Shown: in pieces, positions 22,791 through 36,099 of the stretch | How the letters are laid out: each line of letters starts with the position of its first letter | Numbering within the stretch: position 1 is the stretch's first letter | Assembly: GCA_000320545.1 (NCBI GenBank) | Contig: ADNK01002633.1 | Coordinates: forward strand, 1-64,000 | Source: Bigelowiella natans CCMP2755 | Taxonomy: Eukaryota > Protista > Cercozoa | Direction: 5' to 3' | Length of the DNA stretch: 64,000 bases | Made by a program: the position numbers and the translations under genes | The notes under the pieces: model-generated | Seen by the model: only the letters and a program-made list of their open reading frames with translations | Told to the model about the DNA's origin: nothing | Databases searched by the model: none

Positions 22791-23418
22791 GGGACTGAGT
22801 GAAACTTTGAATCGTCCTCCGCGCTTGTGTTCTTTGGAGATTTCTGGAGGTTGTTCGCACATTAGACACTTGATAATGTGTGAGATATCACTGCAAAATA
22901 CAATAGATGGAGACTCTCGCGAAGGAAGGTCTGACATTTGGAATGTATGGCAAGTATGCTCGGCGGGGTGTAATTCGATTGATATTGTGTTGGTGAGCAT
23001 GGTAGTGGTAAACAGCCCCACCTGGCAGCATGATGCTAGGAGAACACCGAACAAATCCTTCCATTTCCATTTGTGTGCGACCTGTGACAATAACCAACAC
23101 ACTCATTAATATGATTATTGCTATCACTGCTGCTACTACTACAACTACTGCTGCAGAAGTAGCAGTATTGATATTAGGGCAACTTTCGAATCGCTTCTGT
23201 AATAATAATACAGCAGCCTTGACTCTGACTTGTCAGATATGCCTTATTCGTCTTCAAATACATCGCTTGGAAGTAACACGGATGCTGTTGTTGTCGTTGT
23301 TCTCGTGTATTGAGTCTGTACTACTGACCTTCACCAGCAGCAGGCATGCAATGATGCGTGCCAAAAATCCTTAATAGACAGCAAATAAAACAAAATTACA
23401 TCTACATACTTTTCTATG

Positions 23419-23457
<39 letters not shown>

Positions 23458-23701
23458 GTCAAAAGCAATTTGTTTGTGCTATTTGCAAATCTATGGATGA
23501 GCACCAGCACCCAAGGATTTCGATAGGAACTACTGAGTGCATGTAATTATCAACATGCAATATTGACGTATCTGACCGATTACCTAGTATCCCCATCATG
23601 ACACAATCAAAGTACAGCCTAGGAGGGAGGGGGGGGGGGGGGGGGAGCAACATCGGAGGAAGGAGGACGAATTCATTTATAGTAGTAGTAGTAGTAGTGT
23701 G

Positions 23702-23734
<33 letters not shown>

Positions 23735-25665
23735 TCTTCCATCACCATCAATTTCTATAAAATAATGGTTGGAAATGATATGTTGGCACTTGTGAATGCT
23801 TTCTTGCAGCAGTAGTACAGCGCTACCTTCCTATTTTATATCCAATAAAATTAGCCCCTCGTTGCACATTTTGCCCTTGATCGACCTAATAGGGATATTT
23901 CATGCCAACAAGCACGCACGCACACATAGCCTCTTCAATGACACGACTTATGCTGTAAAGTAGCTGAGTGGTAGCAGCAAAGACAAGTGCACGCAGAAGC
24001 ATACAATAATTGCTCAAATCCGGTGAGAAATCCCACACTGTATAGCGCGCGCCGTAGTTCCATATTAGCAATTGCAAAGAATACAATGGGTAGTGCGTGC
24101 GTGTTGGTGTCAATGACACCAACAAGACCATCACCACCACCACCACCACCAACAACAACAACTACTGCTGCTGCTGCTACAACAACCCCTCCTCAACGCG
24201 CCTGCAGCTTTATTAATGTACTAGTATGAATATGGCTACCAGATGCTGTGTGTAGTGAGTGTACGTAGCTTCTCCTGCCCACCGCGTGAATGACAAGTCC
24301 CAAACCCAGCGAATTCCTACAGAATATGACGACGACGCGATAACCAAAAGAGCGCACGCAGTTTCAGGAGAATGCTTTGAATATAATGAATGTGTGCGTG
24401 TGTGTGTGTGTAAGAGAGAGCGAAAGAGAGCGAGAGAGAGAGAGAGAGTTTCAGAAACCGGGGCGCAGTACTACCGTTGGGGATATCAGGAAGCTTTGGT
24501 AGCACGCCGTTGAAAGCAGCGAGTAGCAGCGCGACAACCTGATGAGAGGAAAGAGAAGGAGGAAGAGGATGAGCGGGCGACCTTACTTCGTTGTTGTTGT
24601 TTTGTGCTTGCAGAAGTAAACGGGATTTCTATTGTCATTCCTACTTCTAGTGCCCGCTACGATTCAACTTCGTCATCAATGGTGGCTGGGTAACGATTTA
24701 TCCGCGGGGTAGCATGCATAAACTAGAACAGAAGTTAAGCTCTATTCCTACTACTCCTCCTACTACTACTACCATGCACGCCGAATATGCAAAATCGCGG
24801 GAGATTCCTGCCACACGCCGCATTTAGGAGGGGGGGGGGGGGGGTGGAGATCATAATAGGTGTTAAATCGACAACAAGTATCGAAATTTTTACTATTTTG
24901 TGTTATGGCGTGATTCAGTGGACTTGATGAAGCTGTTGATGCTAACGAGGCAAACAGCGCCATCAGTGCTACCACCGACAATGGTGGTGATTAGGATTCT
25001 CCACGCACTCTATCTACGTCTCCCCACCATTTTTAACACCTCTCATTGCTCGCATATGTCTGCTCATGATAGGTTTGGATGAGCTCAGTTATTATCAGTA
25101 TTATTGGTAGTAGCAGTACCGAGAGAAACAATGTACCCAACGCCACTTGAAGCAAATGCTATCGCCAAACAGATCAAGAACCACCCAATGGCGCTTCCAG
25201 GATGCCCTATCATTGTCAATATAGTCATCGATAAAACATAAATTACTATAATTTTAATTCGGGGTGTATCAGCAGTCAAATACACACACACACACACACA
25301 CACACGCGCGCGCGCGCACACACATTAAGCAAGTCTAATGGCGTCGTGGCGCCGTTGATGCCCCGCTGAATTACCAAGGGCAACCCACCATCCGACGAAT
25401 ATGAGCGTGAAGAAACACAGCGGTAGCATGTTGATCTGCCAGCAGTAAGTTGTACAATCAGTATATCAAGGGCGATAATCAGTAACATCGATGGTATTGG
25501 ATGCATATGTTAGCAGCACTTATTTCGTATCGATAAATAGCAGTAGAACCGTCATCTGCATCGCGCCTTGGAGCCAGATTGGAACCTATCCATTGACGTG
25601 TGGTAGTAGCAGTCGTTAATGATGAGGATGAAGGAAGAAGAACGACAGAGATTAAGAAGAAAATG

Positions 25666-25699
<34 letters not shown>

Positions 25700-26573
25700 G
25701 CACACACACACACACACATACATATTTTATATATTGATGACTCATTTTAACATAGATCTATTTGTATGATGCATTGTAGATGATATCGGTGATGGCGAGG
25801 ATGACGATGCTCGCGAAAATGCTGGTGACATGGAGACTCTGTACCCCCGCTCGCGCCTCTCTTCTCGTCATCAGAATGTTGCTTTTGAATAACCGGGCTC
25901 CGACCTAATGCATTTTAACGTCAATTCTAAATCAAAGACCGACGATTCGGCAAATCGATCGTATGTAGTGAATATCTTGCTCAGGAGCGGCGAGAGTAGA
26001 CAGCCTTGCGTATTCGTTTTGATTGGTAATGCGTATTTGCGTTTGTGCGTCTGTCAAGAACCTGTCGCTTCATGTTCGTTTTATTATCTCTATTCTCAAT
26101 AGATATACAGATCATTGCATCATCATCCTCATCCTCCTCCTCCGCCTCATCATCATCTTTCCTATAGTATATATCTACACTGCGGTGCACGCATTTCCAT
26201 AATATTGACCATCATCGTGGCGGCCCCCAACGCAACGTTTATGAAGAAGAGTAGCTGCTGGAGACCGATATCCTAGTAACACATACACACACGAGCGTCT
26301 GATTGACAATGATGACTCTTTTATTAACAGTGGCGATCATAGTAGCTTCATTCATTCCTATACTATATCTGAGATGCGAGTGTGAGATGTGTGTGTGTGT
26401 GTGTGTGTGTTAGTGTGCGTATATATGCAGTAGTGAGGCATTATCCCCCACATTGGGAAGATCGCAGGATAGGAACGGGGGACACCAGGCAGACAAACTG
26501 ATAAAAACAACTATACTTAGTACCAAATAAATACGTCATGTACTTTCATCAAGTTGACTAATATACACACACA

Positions 26574-26613
<40 letters not shown>

Positions 26614-26872
26614 ATATACCCGAGGGGATATACCATATACACATGATGTTGGTGTTGGGGAAAGATTACGTTTCGTCAAGAGGCACTTCATACGTGTCTG
26701 ATGATTCATTGAGCAACAAAGGAACAACACAGGATTGCATGCCGTTGTTATTGATTCACCGCGTCATCGTCCACATCTCCTCCCTCTTCTCATCAAATCG
26801 ACTGATTGCTTCGAAAAAGCTCTGCTACTCACCACTAATGTAAGCAATGCATTTCCTCTCCTCCTTAACTAC

Positions 26873-26911
<39 letters not shown>

Positions 26912-27080
26912 TCTCTCGTATGCCTTCATCTGATTACTTGTATAGTTTTCTTGGAGGTAAGGGGTAAAGCCAGTGGAGAGGATGATGGCCATTATGAAGC
27001 AAAGGAAGCCAAATATCTTAAACGACGCCTTATCTCTCATTTGAAGTCGGTATGACCGAGCCATCATCGTTGCCTGTGAG

Positions 27081-27117
<37 letters not shown>

Positions 27118-28816
27118 GGCACGCAGCAGCGGCTCGTAAAGGCTTGCTACAAAACGAATCTGGAGCGTCCATCCCAGGTTGCGCGCGAATACACTGTCAC
27201 GGACGCACACTAAGTCTTTCGTGATAATGACTGCAAGTAGCAGCAGTAGTAATAGTAGTAGTAGTAGTCGTTTTAGTACCGCAGCCCTGCACAACGACGG
27301 AGACCCACGCGCTTGCATTGAGTTGTTGCTGCTGCTGTTGTTCGTATCACCATCTTGCTCATGATCATCTCCCTTCTCGTCGCTGCTTTTCCTCTCCGCC
27401 GCGAGCGCCATCTGAAAAGCTTGACGCCGACGCAGCCATTCCTTTGTGGTGTCGGGGTTAGGCGTTGTGCGTAAGTCATCAGATGTTACATTTCGGGTGA
27501 CGCCACTGCTTGGAATGGCGGGCTGGCACGTTTTGATTTGATGATGGCGACGAGGACGAAAATGATGATGATGATGATGATGATGGTGATGGTGATGGTG
27601 ATGGTAAAATGCATTTATTGGTATATATCGCCACCTGTCTGAGTTCCGTAGATTTGATTCGGGGAGTTCTATTATTATCAGTAATAAAGCAAAATTAGTA
27701 GTAGTAGTAGTAGTAGTAGTAGTTATAAGGCTTGTTTTTTTAACAAAAGGAGGGAGGAAGGATTTCTTATTCGTGTGTATGCTGTGCTAGAAGTGCTACT
27801 TCGGTATATGGAAAGTGAGCACACTATTAGCTCAGCCAAAGTACGACATAGCAGCGAGTATTACTTCTAGTATTCTCTTACGTGCAAAAGAATGTTGTTG
27901 TTGTTGTTGTTGTTGTTGTGTACGCTGTAAATTACCTGCGTTCTTTCGCTTCCAAGTGGTCAAAAACGCCTAAGATTATCGTTATCAATATCATTATCGT
28001 CACTATCAGTTTTACCTTAATCACGCAGTTTGCATTGATGTACACATACAGATTTAGCACTGGCTCTTGAAATTATGAATAGTTTCAAGCCCCCATCCCC
28101 CCCCCCCCTTATTCCCCTCCCTGCGACACACGCACACACTCTAAGTGAGAGCGAATAAAACGCGTGCATTTTTGAGCAGAAGAGTTATTTTCACCAGAAA
28201 CGATATCCAATATGTGATTGGCTGGGTTGTTTCTTGTTGCACACCTAATGATGAAAATGATGATGATGATGACAATGATAACGATGCTGATGGCTATGAT
28301 GACGATGGAAAGTCCATGCTGTGCTCTAGCACCAACCCCATTGAATGTCTTAAACAGGCTCAAAGAAAACAAGACGCCGTCCCTAGGTACAGATGTCATT
28401 CTATGTGCGTCACATTTTCTCTCGACATGAGTTTCATGCCTGACGTATTTAAAAAAATGGGAATGGCAAGTCCTCACTGAAGCACAGGATCCATCTTGGC
28501 GAAATATGGGGCAGCCTAATGCCAACAAGGCAGAAAACGGAGAGACAGATTTTGAAAGTGCCTTATGCTCTTATGCAAGCAGCAGCATGTACGCACAGCA
28601 TCGCCAGCAGCGTTATATTCGCTATCGTTCTACCTTCAGGGCTGGGCCGAAGTAGCAGCATGAACCGACCCCCTTGCTTTTACTTAGAAGCAATACCTTC
28701 ATCAAAACCACAAAATCAGCAGCAATAGAGAGCACCTAGGTGTGACTTTCAGATGTTTTTTTAAGTATATAAACAGATTCTATTAGCATCATTATCATCA
28801 TCATCATCACCATCAT

Positions 28817-28858
<42 letters not shown>

Positions 28859-29654
28859 GCAATTCTCGATGCTGCTGCTGCTGCACTGCCTGTCGGTGAG
28901 GAGTATGTTCCGAAAAATGGACGCAACGAGTACCTTGTTAAACTGGGAGAAACTCTCATATCTAGGCTGGTGGATTACCATGATAATACACCTATTGCGT
29001 GTGGCGGAGGAGGAGGAGGAGGAGGGAGGAGGATCAACTAGTGATAATCACGACGAGTACGATAAATCCTTCAGAGAAAGATACACAAAAGCACACACAC
29101 ACACACACACACACACAAATACAAACACAATACTGCGACGATCGAAAATGCACTCGCGCATATCAGCGACGGCATTATTATGTGCCCACTATCTTCCAGC
29201 GGGGCACACTGTCAGCATGCAACGGCGCTGCTGCCTTTTCCCACTGCTACCCATCCAAATAACAGCACCTTCCTCCGGCCGCAAGTTTGGATAAGATCCC
29301 AATGATTTCTTCGGAGGCACTGATTGGTGTTCGCAAAAAGCAAATCGTTTCGAAATCCACTGGCAAAACATGCTACTCGCTCTATCACAGTTTTGGAAGA
29401 CAGCTCGATCAACTCTACTTTAGAACGCTTGGAAGTATGAGGATTTAGCATGCAATGGCGACTCCCTACTGCTGCTGATTTGTACACTACCGCACCTACC
29501 TCGCATCTAGTCCCGAAGTGGGCTCGTCGAGGAAGAGAACAGAGGGGTTTGCAACAAGTTCCATTGCTATGTTCACACGCTTCTTCTCTCCCCCAGACAA
29601 GCCTCTTCGGTATTCGTCACCAATTGCGGTGTTCTACAGAAGGATATATGCATG

Positions 29655-29693
<39 letters not shown>

Positions 29694-30547
29694 TATTTGT
29701 GACTTGAAACTATTAGTGACGCAGGACACTTTAATAACGGTGCATGTGTATCGTATTCATAAGCTTTATAATCACAGTGGGAAAGAAGATAGAGAGCATA
29801 CCATGTATTAACCTATACACCCGCACCCGGCTAGACACGCACATACAAAAATACACACATATGGCTTGCTTTAACAGATGCGCGCTACAACTCATAACAC
29901 CTGCCGTTCCAATATCCCAAGATCAAAAAGCACATTCGATACGATTTCTCTAATATCTTCCTGTAGAAGGAGATGGCGGAGAAAGAGGGTTAGGGTTAGG
30001 GTTAGGCGGATGAAAGCGAAGAGTTATAGTTTGGTGTTATCCGCGTCTCCTATCTGCACACGCGCACGCGAAAGCAGCAATGCACAGCCTGTTAAATGCG
30101 AGAAGTACACGACTACTATTTTCAAGGTATGACTATAGTCCTGAGGAGAAGGATCGTGGATTTTGCTGGTTTTGTCGTTTTGATGTGCCTGATGGTGGTG
30201 GTGGTGGTAGTGCTTACGGCGGAGTAAGAAGCAGGAAGTCTTGTCTTCGCGCAATATGTCAATATCTCTCGCGGAGTGAGGAGGCTATCCATAATATCGT
30301 CTTGAGGAACGAAGCCGATCTAACCACACCATAGATAAACAGCATAATTCAGACATTGCTTGTTAGACCTATCACCATCTAGTGCCACGACTGGTAGGCG
30401 ATAATAGTAAAGCTTTACCAAGTCGTTTTATCGATCGGTTTTCACAGAGACGAGAAGTCCCTCATCACGTGTTTGTGCGTGTGATTGTGTGTCCCTATCT
30501 ACCCGCACAGAAGATCCCGGGAGAAAATAGAGAGGGAGAGGGGGAAA

Positions 30548-30592
<45 letters not shown>

Positions 30593-30767
30593 AGGGAGAG
30601 GGAGAGAGAGGGGGAGGGAGAGATGGAGAGACGAGGAAGGGGAAATGTTGGAGCACCATTCTTTTGACTTTTGATTGTGCAGTACGAGACATCTCTCCGT
30701 TGATCTCCTACACAAACACAGAGCCGAGAGGGCGAGGAAGAGAGAGATAGAGATAGATAGATAGATT

Positions 30768-30844
<77 letters not shown>

Positions 30845-32108
30845 GGAGAGCAAAGAAAAACAATACTGACTCTACAAAATATACTGGAAACTTAAAAATC
30901 GTCTTCTCTGCCAGGTGGATTAGGACGATGATAATAATCAAGGCACTGCAGCAAGAATTGAGAGACAATGCGCCGAACATGACGAAAAACACCGCGGTAG
31001 TTGTACGGTGAGGCCTAAAAGAGTGTACGGGTTGAAGAAAATTACTCTATTATTACTATTTCTATTACCACAGTCCCTTGGTATGGAATAGTTCCCATAA
31101 GAGCGTTCATAATCGTAGATTTCCCCGCACCGGAAGGACCCATGATGGCCGTGACCTCACCAGCATTGAAAGTAGCACTAACACCCAGAAACATGGCAGC
31201 ATACCATCAGGGAAAAAGACGCTGATTAAACGCGGATTTATCAAAACGGGGCACAACTGCGTACACTGCTGCTGAAAAATGCTTTATATGCATTTGTGCG
31301 TGCATGCCCGCGGTGTGGTAGTTGTACTTTAGAGATTCGAGGATTCGCTTTTCGCCGACGCTTACGGTGAGATCGGTTGCCTGCCGTTATGTTAGAAGAA
31401 GGCGTGACGATAATGACATATTGAAAATAACACAAAGGAAAATTCACTGCAAACTCACGATGGAGCAAGAAACTCTGTCGTACCACGAATGTCGTATATC
31501 ACAAAACAAATGAATGACGACCCCCTCGAGCGTAGGGATTTACTATTTATTGTGAAAGAAGATTGCTTCTATTAACAGGATTTCGTTGAAGTACGACCTT
31601 GAAGTTTATGCGTTGGAATGAGTCGGTATTCTGTTTCTGCTCATTGACGACTACTTTTTCTTCCGGAGGGAATGACGTCTGCTGTTTTCTTTTTAGTGGT
31701 CACAATAACTTCACGTGAGTATGGAAATCATCGTTCAAGCTGCCATAAAACATGCATGTAATAAGGTGTAGTACAGCTTGCTTGCTCCTTCATCGAATTG
31801 CGCGTATTTATCTGCTAATGAGTTGTTTACGTACATGAGCACAAAAATGATGACCGAAGCGACAATTGACACCACCAACAGCAGCGGCGCGATCTGAGTT
31901 TTTAAAAAAATACTCTATCCATCAAATAATAGCCTCATCATCACAAAACAAACCATGTTTTGCTGGACGAGAAACACATACAAACAATGTCGGACAAAGC
32001 ATCAAATTTGCGTGCGAAATGGTAGTCACGAGCAAAGACACTTCGAGGATAAATAATACTACTACTAGTCGCATTTTTGAGATCGTGAAATGACCCCCCA
32101 AACCCACG

Positions 32109-32140
<32 letters not shown>

Positions 32141-32501
32141 CTCTTGGAATAAGACAAATTTATTTTCTATAACTGGACGACCTGTATGTACGCCCCTTCG
32201 TCGCATGACGCGCCAACATCACAAGTAACGCCCTCTAAGAAAGTCAAAATAAGGCGCGTTTCAGCTGCTAGCAACATCTCCGCCATCAATTTTTACAAAT
32301 GGCCAAATGCAGATGTTTACAGGTCTGCGCATTACCTGTCGAGTATTCGTCGCACCACTTGCCGCTAGCGCAAGTCTCAGCGTTGCGTGGCGTGTCGCAT
32401 GCCACGCCCTGTGAGAGTGCAGAGAATCAAGGGATGGGTGGTGGTGATCGCAAACTAACACATATTTACCAAGAGGTAGGAAAGGAAAAGCGACGCCGAG
32501 G

Positions 32502-32545
<44 letters not shown>

Positions 32546-33488
32546 GAGACTTGCATGGAAAATGGTATTGATCTATAAAGATAAACAGCATGAAGCACAG
32601 AAAATCATCATAACATCCATTTCTGCCCTAGCTTTCTGTTGTAAACTTAGTTTCAAGTAATGCTCTTTCGTCCCCCCCCCCCCCTCCCTTACTCACCAAA
32701 GGACATGGGTTGTCGCGAAACAGTTCGCTGTCTCCCCCCGCAGTTACAGCGAACTATTTGAATTGGCCAGGACAGCAGTGAGTCGCAAATACATCGTATG
32801 TGTTGACTGCTACATGGCTAATTTATGTACGATGGGGAATCAAATTGTTGATTTTTACATTGCTTGGATCCGCACAGAAGTACCCTGAGAATATGTGTAC
32901 ATAATTCATCGCAGTTCATGTATTATTTGTATTAATCGTAGTGTATGTAGTATTTGTACACAACTACTGCAACAACTGCAAGAACAACTGCTACAACTGC
33001 TACGGCCCCTCTTTACTGCTATCTACTACCTTGCGGACACTGTATGGTCACATTAGGGCAGGAGTTCTGGTGCCAACAATCGAAGCTGTAACATCGGAAG
33101 AGGAAGAGGAAGAAGGAGGAGACGACGACGAGCACGGAACGAATGACATATTTCAGAAATGACACCCACACTACATATCTACTGCCTGTAAGAAGTGTGC
33201 CCCCATTGGCATCTGGCGATAATTCCGATCCCAACCCTCCAGTAGAAAAAGAGGGTTTTGCCCGCCTTCGCGCATACTCATCACACATGTAACGACGGTT
33301 ACCCTTGGGGACATGTGTAGGAAGCATAGCCAGTTAAATTGCCTAGAGAAAAAAGAATGAAAGGCTCATTAGGAAAAACGGGTATGTGTGAGCAGCTATG
33401 GAGAGTCGCTTAAGTATTTTATACCAAGAAGGCCCGTTGTGGGAAGAACGACGGTAAGAAGCAGCCAGAAGACTCTTGATCTCAGCAT
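22125..33488 (-). CDS. ABCG (White-Brown complex) half-transporter with signal peptide, Cys-rich ectodomain and single TM before the NBD; roughly 30 small exons
   Basis: Start [22 protein letters not shown] (33488). Cys-rich exons [40 protein letters not shown], then [22 protein letters not shown] (~31835-31893). Walker [17 protein letters not shown] (~31115-31165), [10 protein letters not shown] (30218-30319), signature and Walker [34 protein letters not shown] (~29500-29634), H-loop VIHQPR (~28960), NNPANHILD (~28210). TMD exons include [16 protein letters not shown] (~24240-24316). Stop TGA at 22125-22127 (3' exons less certain). Confidence 0.92.
29986..30006 (+). repeat. Short interstitial telomere-type repeat, about (TTAGGG)3, in an ABCG intron
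   Basis: agggttagggttagggttagg. Confidence 0.6.
30526..30850. repeat. Large purine-rich (GA)n/(GAGAGG)n/(GATA)n compound tract in an ABCG intron
   Basis: Two blocks directly visible: 30526-30625 and 30738-30850. Confidence 0.95.
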
Positions 33489-34279
33489 CCCTTATTACCA
33501 ACGATGAGATGGATCAGCAGGTTGACGAACACAAGAATATTCTATCTGTATCCCCTTTTGTCTCCTGTTCAGCCCCATATTACTCACCTCGATATAATGG
33601 AGATCTCGGAAGAGATGGGAGGGGCAACTCGACCCTTCCTTGTTCCGTTATTTTTTGAGTTCAAATCTAGACTAAATTTTGGGCGAATAAGATTTTTAAT
33701 TTAGGATATATCCACGGTATCGAATTCCGAACGATCGCTTCCACCAAAACAATAACAAAACAACACCATTCTAATTTGCGGCGCTCTTTTCGAAATATCT
33801 TGGGCAATATTTGATCTAAAAGTATTTATTCGAAAAACGGTTGGTTCTATCTTCCCAGTTGAACAGAAGTATCGAATTATACAGCTGCGACAAGACCAGA
33901 AAACGATTTTTTTTTTGAATCCAAAGCAATTTTCTTAATTCATGGGAGAAAATGTTAGTATTTAAGACAGACTGAAAACCGGTAACGCTCCTCCTCCTTG
34001 GGGCGTTACCCTATCCCTGGTTTGTTGGCATCTGCCTACTACGTACCCCTTTTCTTTAAGTGCAGCAAATCGCGCTTGATTGCAACGAGAGCCTTCACCA
34101 GGCTTCCTGGACGAAGAGTTTCAAGACTCGAGTCTTATTTTTTTGAGATACATTTGTAATTACTATCTCGATTGCGCTTTCGTGCGGTTTCAATATTGCC
34201 AACGTTCTCATCTTTCCTTTGCTGGTAGAATGGCGGGACTTGATAACTGAGGAGGCAGCGGAGAGCTAGGAGAATTGTC

Positions 34280-35737
34280 ATGTCACACCTGAAGGAGTCG
34301 CTTCTTCGTTCCTCTTTCGAGGCTTCCAAGCCGGTTTGTTTGTCGTTGCTGCATCACTCGTCGCAAATAAACATCAAAACACCACCAATAGATAACAACC
34401 CTCTACGTCATTTCACAATACAACTCTCTGTGACTTCAATATAGTTAAATCCTAGCATTCCTAATGTTTTTCCATCTTTTAAAACTTGGTTCTCCCCCCC
34501 CCCCCTCTGTAGAGGAAGACGTCGTATAAACAGCCTGAATGGGACACGACCCAAGTTGATTATGTGAGGAGCCTCACATGTCCTCACGAAGGCCTCAAGT
34601 ATCACAATAAACATTTATGCCACTACTGCCTGGCTATCCACGCAGCGAATGAAAACGCCCCGGGACTATCGGTAGAGCCGCTCCCCACTTTACTTTCGAG
34701 AAAACAGCGATCCTGTTTGGAGATCTTTGCGCTCAGTTTTTATCTGTTTTTGTTATTGCTTGCATCGATTCACGTGTAGATTCTTGTATATGTCAACTGT
34801 GCTTTTAGTTTAATATCTTACATTTTGAATTTTATTAACTGCTCAGATGAAGTTCGGGTCCAGAGAATACAAAGTATGCATTTGTTAGTGTGGAGGGATT
34901 CTCGCTGTGCGCCTCAATAGCGTCTTTTTTTTGTTTTTTAATTCATATACATCGGAAATGTAAACGCTGATACGATATTTCTTGCTATTTTTTAACTTTC
35001 CTTTTTCGGGTATTCGGTATACAGGGGCGTCTCAAGTTTCCTCGAAAGGCAGAGGTGATGTTTTAATGAGAAAGAATTGCGTTAGCATGCAAAGGAGGGG
35101 TTGGTTAGAGAACAAACTTCAATATATATCAACTTGAAGGTGTACTCATTGACTCATACCTATCGGTGGTTTTTGATGAACTCCTTAGGTTCCATTGCAA
35201 AGTCGCTTGAACAAGAGCTTCATGATGCGTCGCCTCCAAAAGAATAAAATGTAACTAACAATCGATCTCCAAATTATTAAGAAAATACAACGTCTAAACA
35301 TGATATATTGCAAGCGAATATGCGACGTTGTTGTTGTTGTTGTTGCGATTGCGTATTGTTGAGTTGCTCGACACTGTCATTATCATCATCATCATCATCA
35401 TCAGCATCATCGTCCTCATCATCAGCATTGCCATCATTGCACTTCATAGGGAGACAAAAGCACTAGCAGAACAATACCGGCAAAGAGCGATAAACTACAA
35501 AGACTCGGTAGATAGTAACAGCATCATCAACAATTGTCCACTGCGAGATATATATTGGGAGAAGCTATAGGGAGAGAGAATTTAATCTAATAACGTTTTG
35601 GTGAAAGGCGAATAATGACTACCCTGAAGTCGGAAGGCAAGTTGAAGTCAATATGAATGCAGAAGGGGTAACAAGATGACAATAGTATTATTATTTAGGT
35701 AGAAGGATGTTCTGCTTCCGTCACACGCACTAATAAT

Positions 35738-35772
<35 letters not shown>

Positions 35773-35785
35773 AACACACAGACAG

Positions 35786-35830
<45 letters not shown>

Positions 35831-36038
35831 ACAAACAGACGCTTTTGCCACTGATATATGCTTGGGGCAGCATCACTGACATATCATCAAATGCTGATCG
35901 CAGTCACAGAGAGTCTGGGTACCCGCCACAATCAACACGTGCACGCAGGTGGCCTTTTTGTCGTTCAAGCAGATAAATAAAATTGAGAAAGAAAGATTTC
36001 TACTGTTTTCTTCTCACTGCCTGCCGGCAAATATATAT

Positions 36039-36099
<61 letters not shown>

